Of a DNA stretch of 64,000 bases, positions 63,236-64,000 are shown in pieces. Origin of the DNA: Eubacteriales bacterium. GTDB taxonomy: Bacteria; Bacillota; Clostridia; Oscillospirales; CAG-382. Location of the stretch: NCBI GenBank assembly GCA_028702135.1, contig JAQVPJ010000010.1, forward strand, positions 3,114 to 67,113, read 5' to 3'. Every line of letters starts with the position of its first letter. Within the stretch, counting starts at the first letter, position 1. Below the pieces are notes generated by a model. That model did not search any database, was not told where the DNA came from, and saw only the letters and a list, made by a program, of their open reading frames with translations. The translations under genes were made by a program, and so were the position numbers.

Positions 63236-64000
63236 ATGGCAAAGCTTTCTATGAAGCGGATTGAGATTATCGCTTTGTTGGAGGATCGTAAAAAAATAAT
63301 GGAGCGTTTGCAGCGTCGGGGAGTCGTGGAGTTTTCCGATTGTCAGGACGAAGCTCTTGTAAAAATGAATACCGCATCCTCTGTTTCGCAATTTGAAAAA
63401 TCCGTCAATGTCGCAATCGAAGCAAAAGGGATATTGGAGGAGTTTGCACAGAAAAAAACCCCATCGTTTTCGTTCTTGAAAGGCAGGAGAGGAATCGAAA
63501 CCGATAAATTCGGAAGCAAAGTGGAACAAAGGGACATTATATATAAGAGCTGCCACGATATAATCAGTTTAAAAAAGCAAATAACCGAAGCGCGCGCCGC
63601 AATAGTAAGGACGCAGACGCTATCGGACGCTTTAGAAAGCTGGCGTAATCTTGACATACCTATGCAGTATCGGGGAACCAAATACACCCGTTGCTTTATC
63701 GGTATTGTACCAAAGCAGGTAACAAGCGAGGATATGCTCCTGGAGATAGCACGGCGGAATCCAAAGCTTGAGATGCTTACGGTCGAAGTCGTTTTTGCAA
63801 GCAAGGAGCAGAGCTGCGTTGTCGTTATCTGTCATAAAAGTATAGCGGAGGAAACGAACGAGGTTTTGCGTCAGATGGGATTTATCGCTTCATCCGAACC
63901 TGTAAAGCAGACTCCGGAATCTGTATTAAGACAATACGATAGCGATATTGAAATGTACCGCAGGGAGATTGAGGAGAATATCCGGAAGATAAAATCCTAT
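63236..64000 (+). CDS. ntpI: V-type ATP synthase subunit I, N-terminal part (continues beyond the window)
   Basis: ATG 8 nt after the RBS gggagg, with an open frame to the window end (255 codons). It begins MAKLSMKRIEIIALLEDRKKIMERLQRRGVVEF, which is typical of the cytoplasmic N-domain of subunit I. It is absent from the ORF track because no stop is reached. Confidence 0.7.
   Translation, partial: MAKLSMKRIEIIALLEDRKKIMERLQRRGVVEFSDCQDEALVKMNTASSVSQFEKSVNVAIEAKGILEEFAQKKTPSFSFLKGRRGIETDKFGSKVEQRDIIYKSCHDIISLKKQITEARAAIVRTQTLSDALESWRNLDIPMQYRGTKYTRCFIGIVPKQVTSEDMLLEIARRNPKLEMLTVEVVFASKEQSCVVVICHKSIAEETNEVLRQMGFIASSEPVKQTPESVLRQYDSDIEMYRREIEENIRKIKSY

Noticed and set aside
63212-63835. Three minus-strand ORFs (67-153 aa) at the window end.
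   Set aside because: They are antisense to an open plus-strand frame with a good RBS whose product matches the N-terminus of V-ATPase subunit I.

Overview
The window looks like a 64 kb chromosomal segment of a low-GC anaerobic Firmicute, probably a Clostridia-type gut or rumen organism. It is densely coded, with about 55 protein genes. All calls rest on motif reading and recalled family signatures; no database search was run. I found no rRNA, tRNA or CRISPR array.

Recognisable content:
- corA, an ABC-F ATPase, and a malic enzyme paired with an LDH-family dehydrogenase.
- An AraC-controlled sugar-acid cluster encoding an enolase-superfamily dehydratase, an RraA-like protein, an MBL lactonase-like protein, an SDR and a GH10-like protein.
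- A GT2/GT-C envelope glycosylation pair.
- A cobalamin-riboswitch-controlled ECF transporter operon with two DUF4430 (transcobalamin-like) surface proteins.
- A redox cluster of a CoADR fusion, nrdG, an nrdD-thioredoxin-fold fusion and trxB.
- feoAB plus a small Cys-rich ORF that the ORF track missed.
- A degraded IS1595-family transposase.
- glnA with an ANTAR pseudo-receiver regulator, divergent from gdhA.
- The start of a V-type ATPase operon.

The most unusual locus is a seven-gene operon at 54.1-61.9 kb. It joins a KamA-family radical-SAM aminomutase and a transglutaminase-like surface protein to a Dlt-like set (adenylating enzyme, carrier protein, MBOAT, SGNH-like protein). This suggests an undescribed envelope aminoacylation pathway.

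Other points worth a second look are an orphan T-box leader with a probable Trp specifier, a promoter-driven 714-bp gene-free locus, a chimeric duplicated gene fragment, and several leader attenuators and operators.
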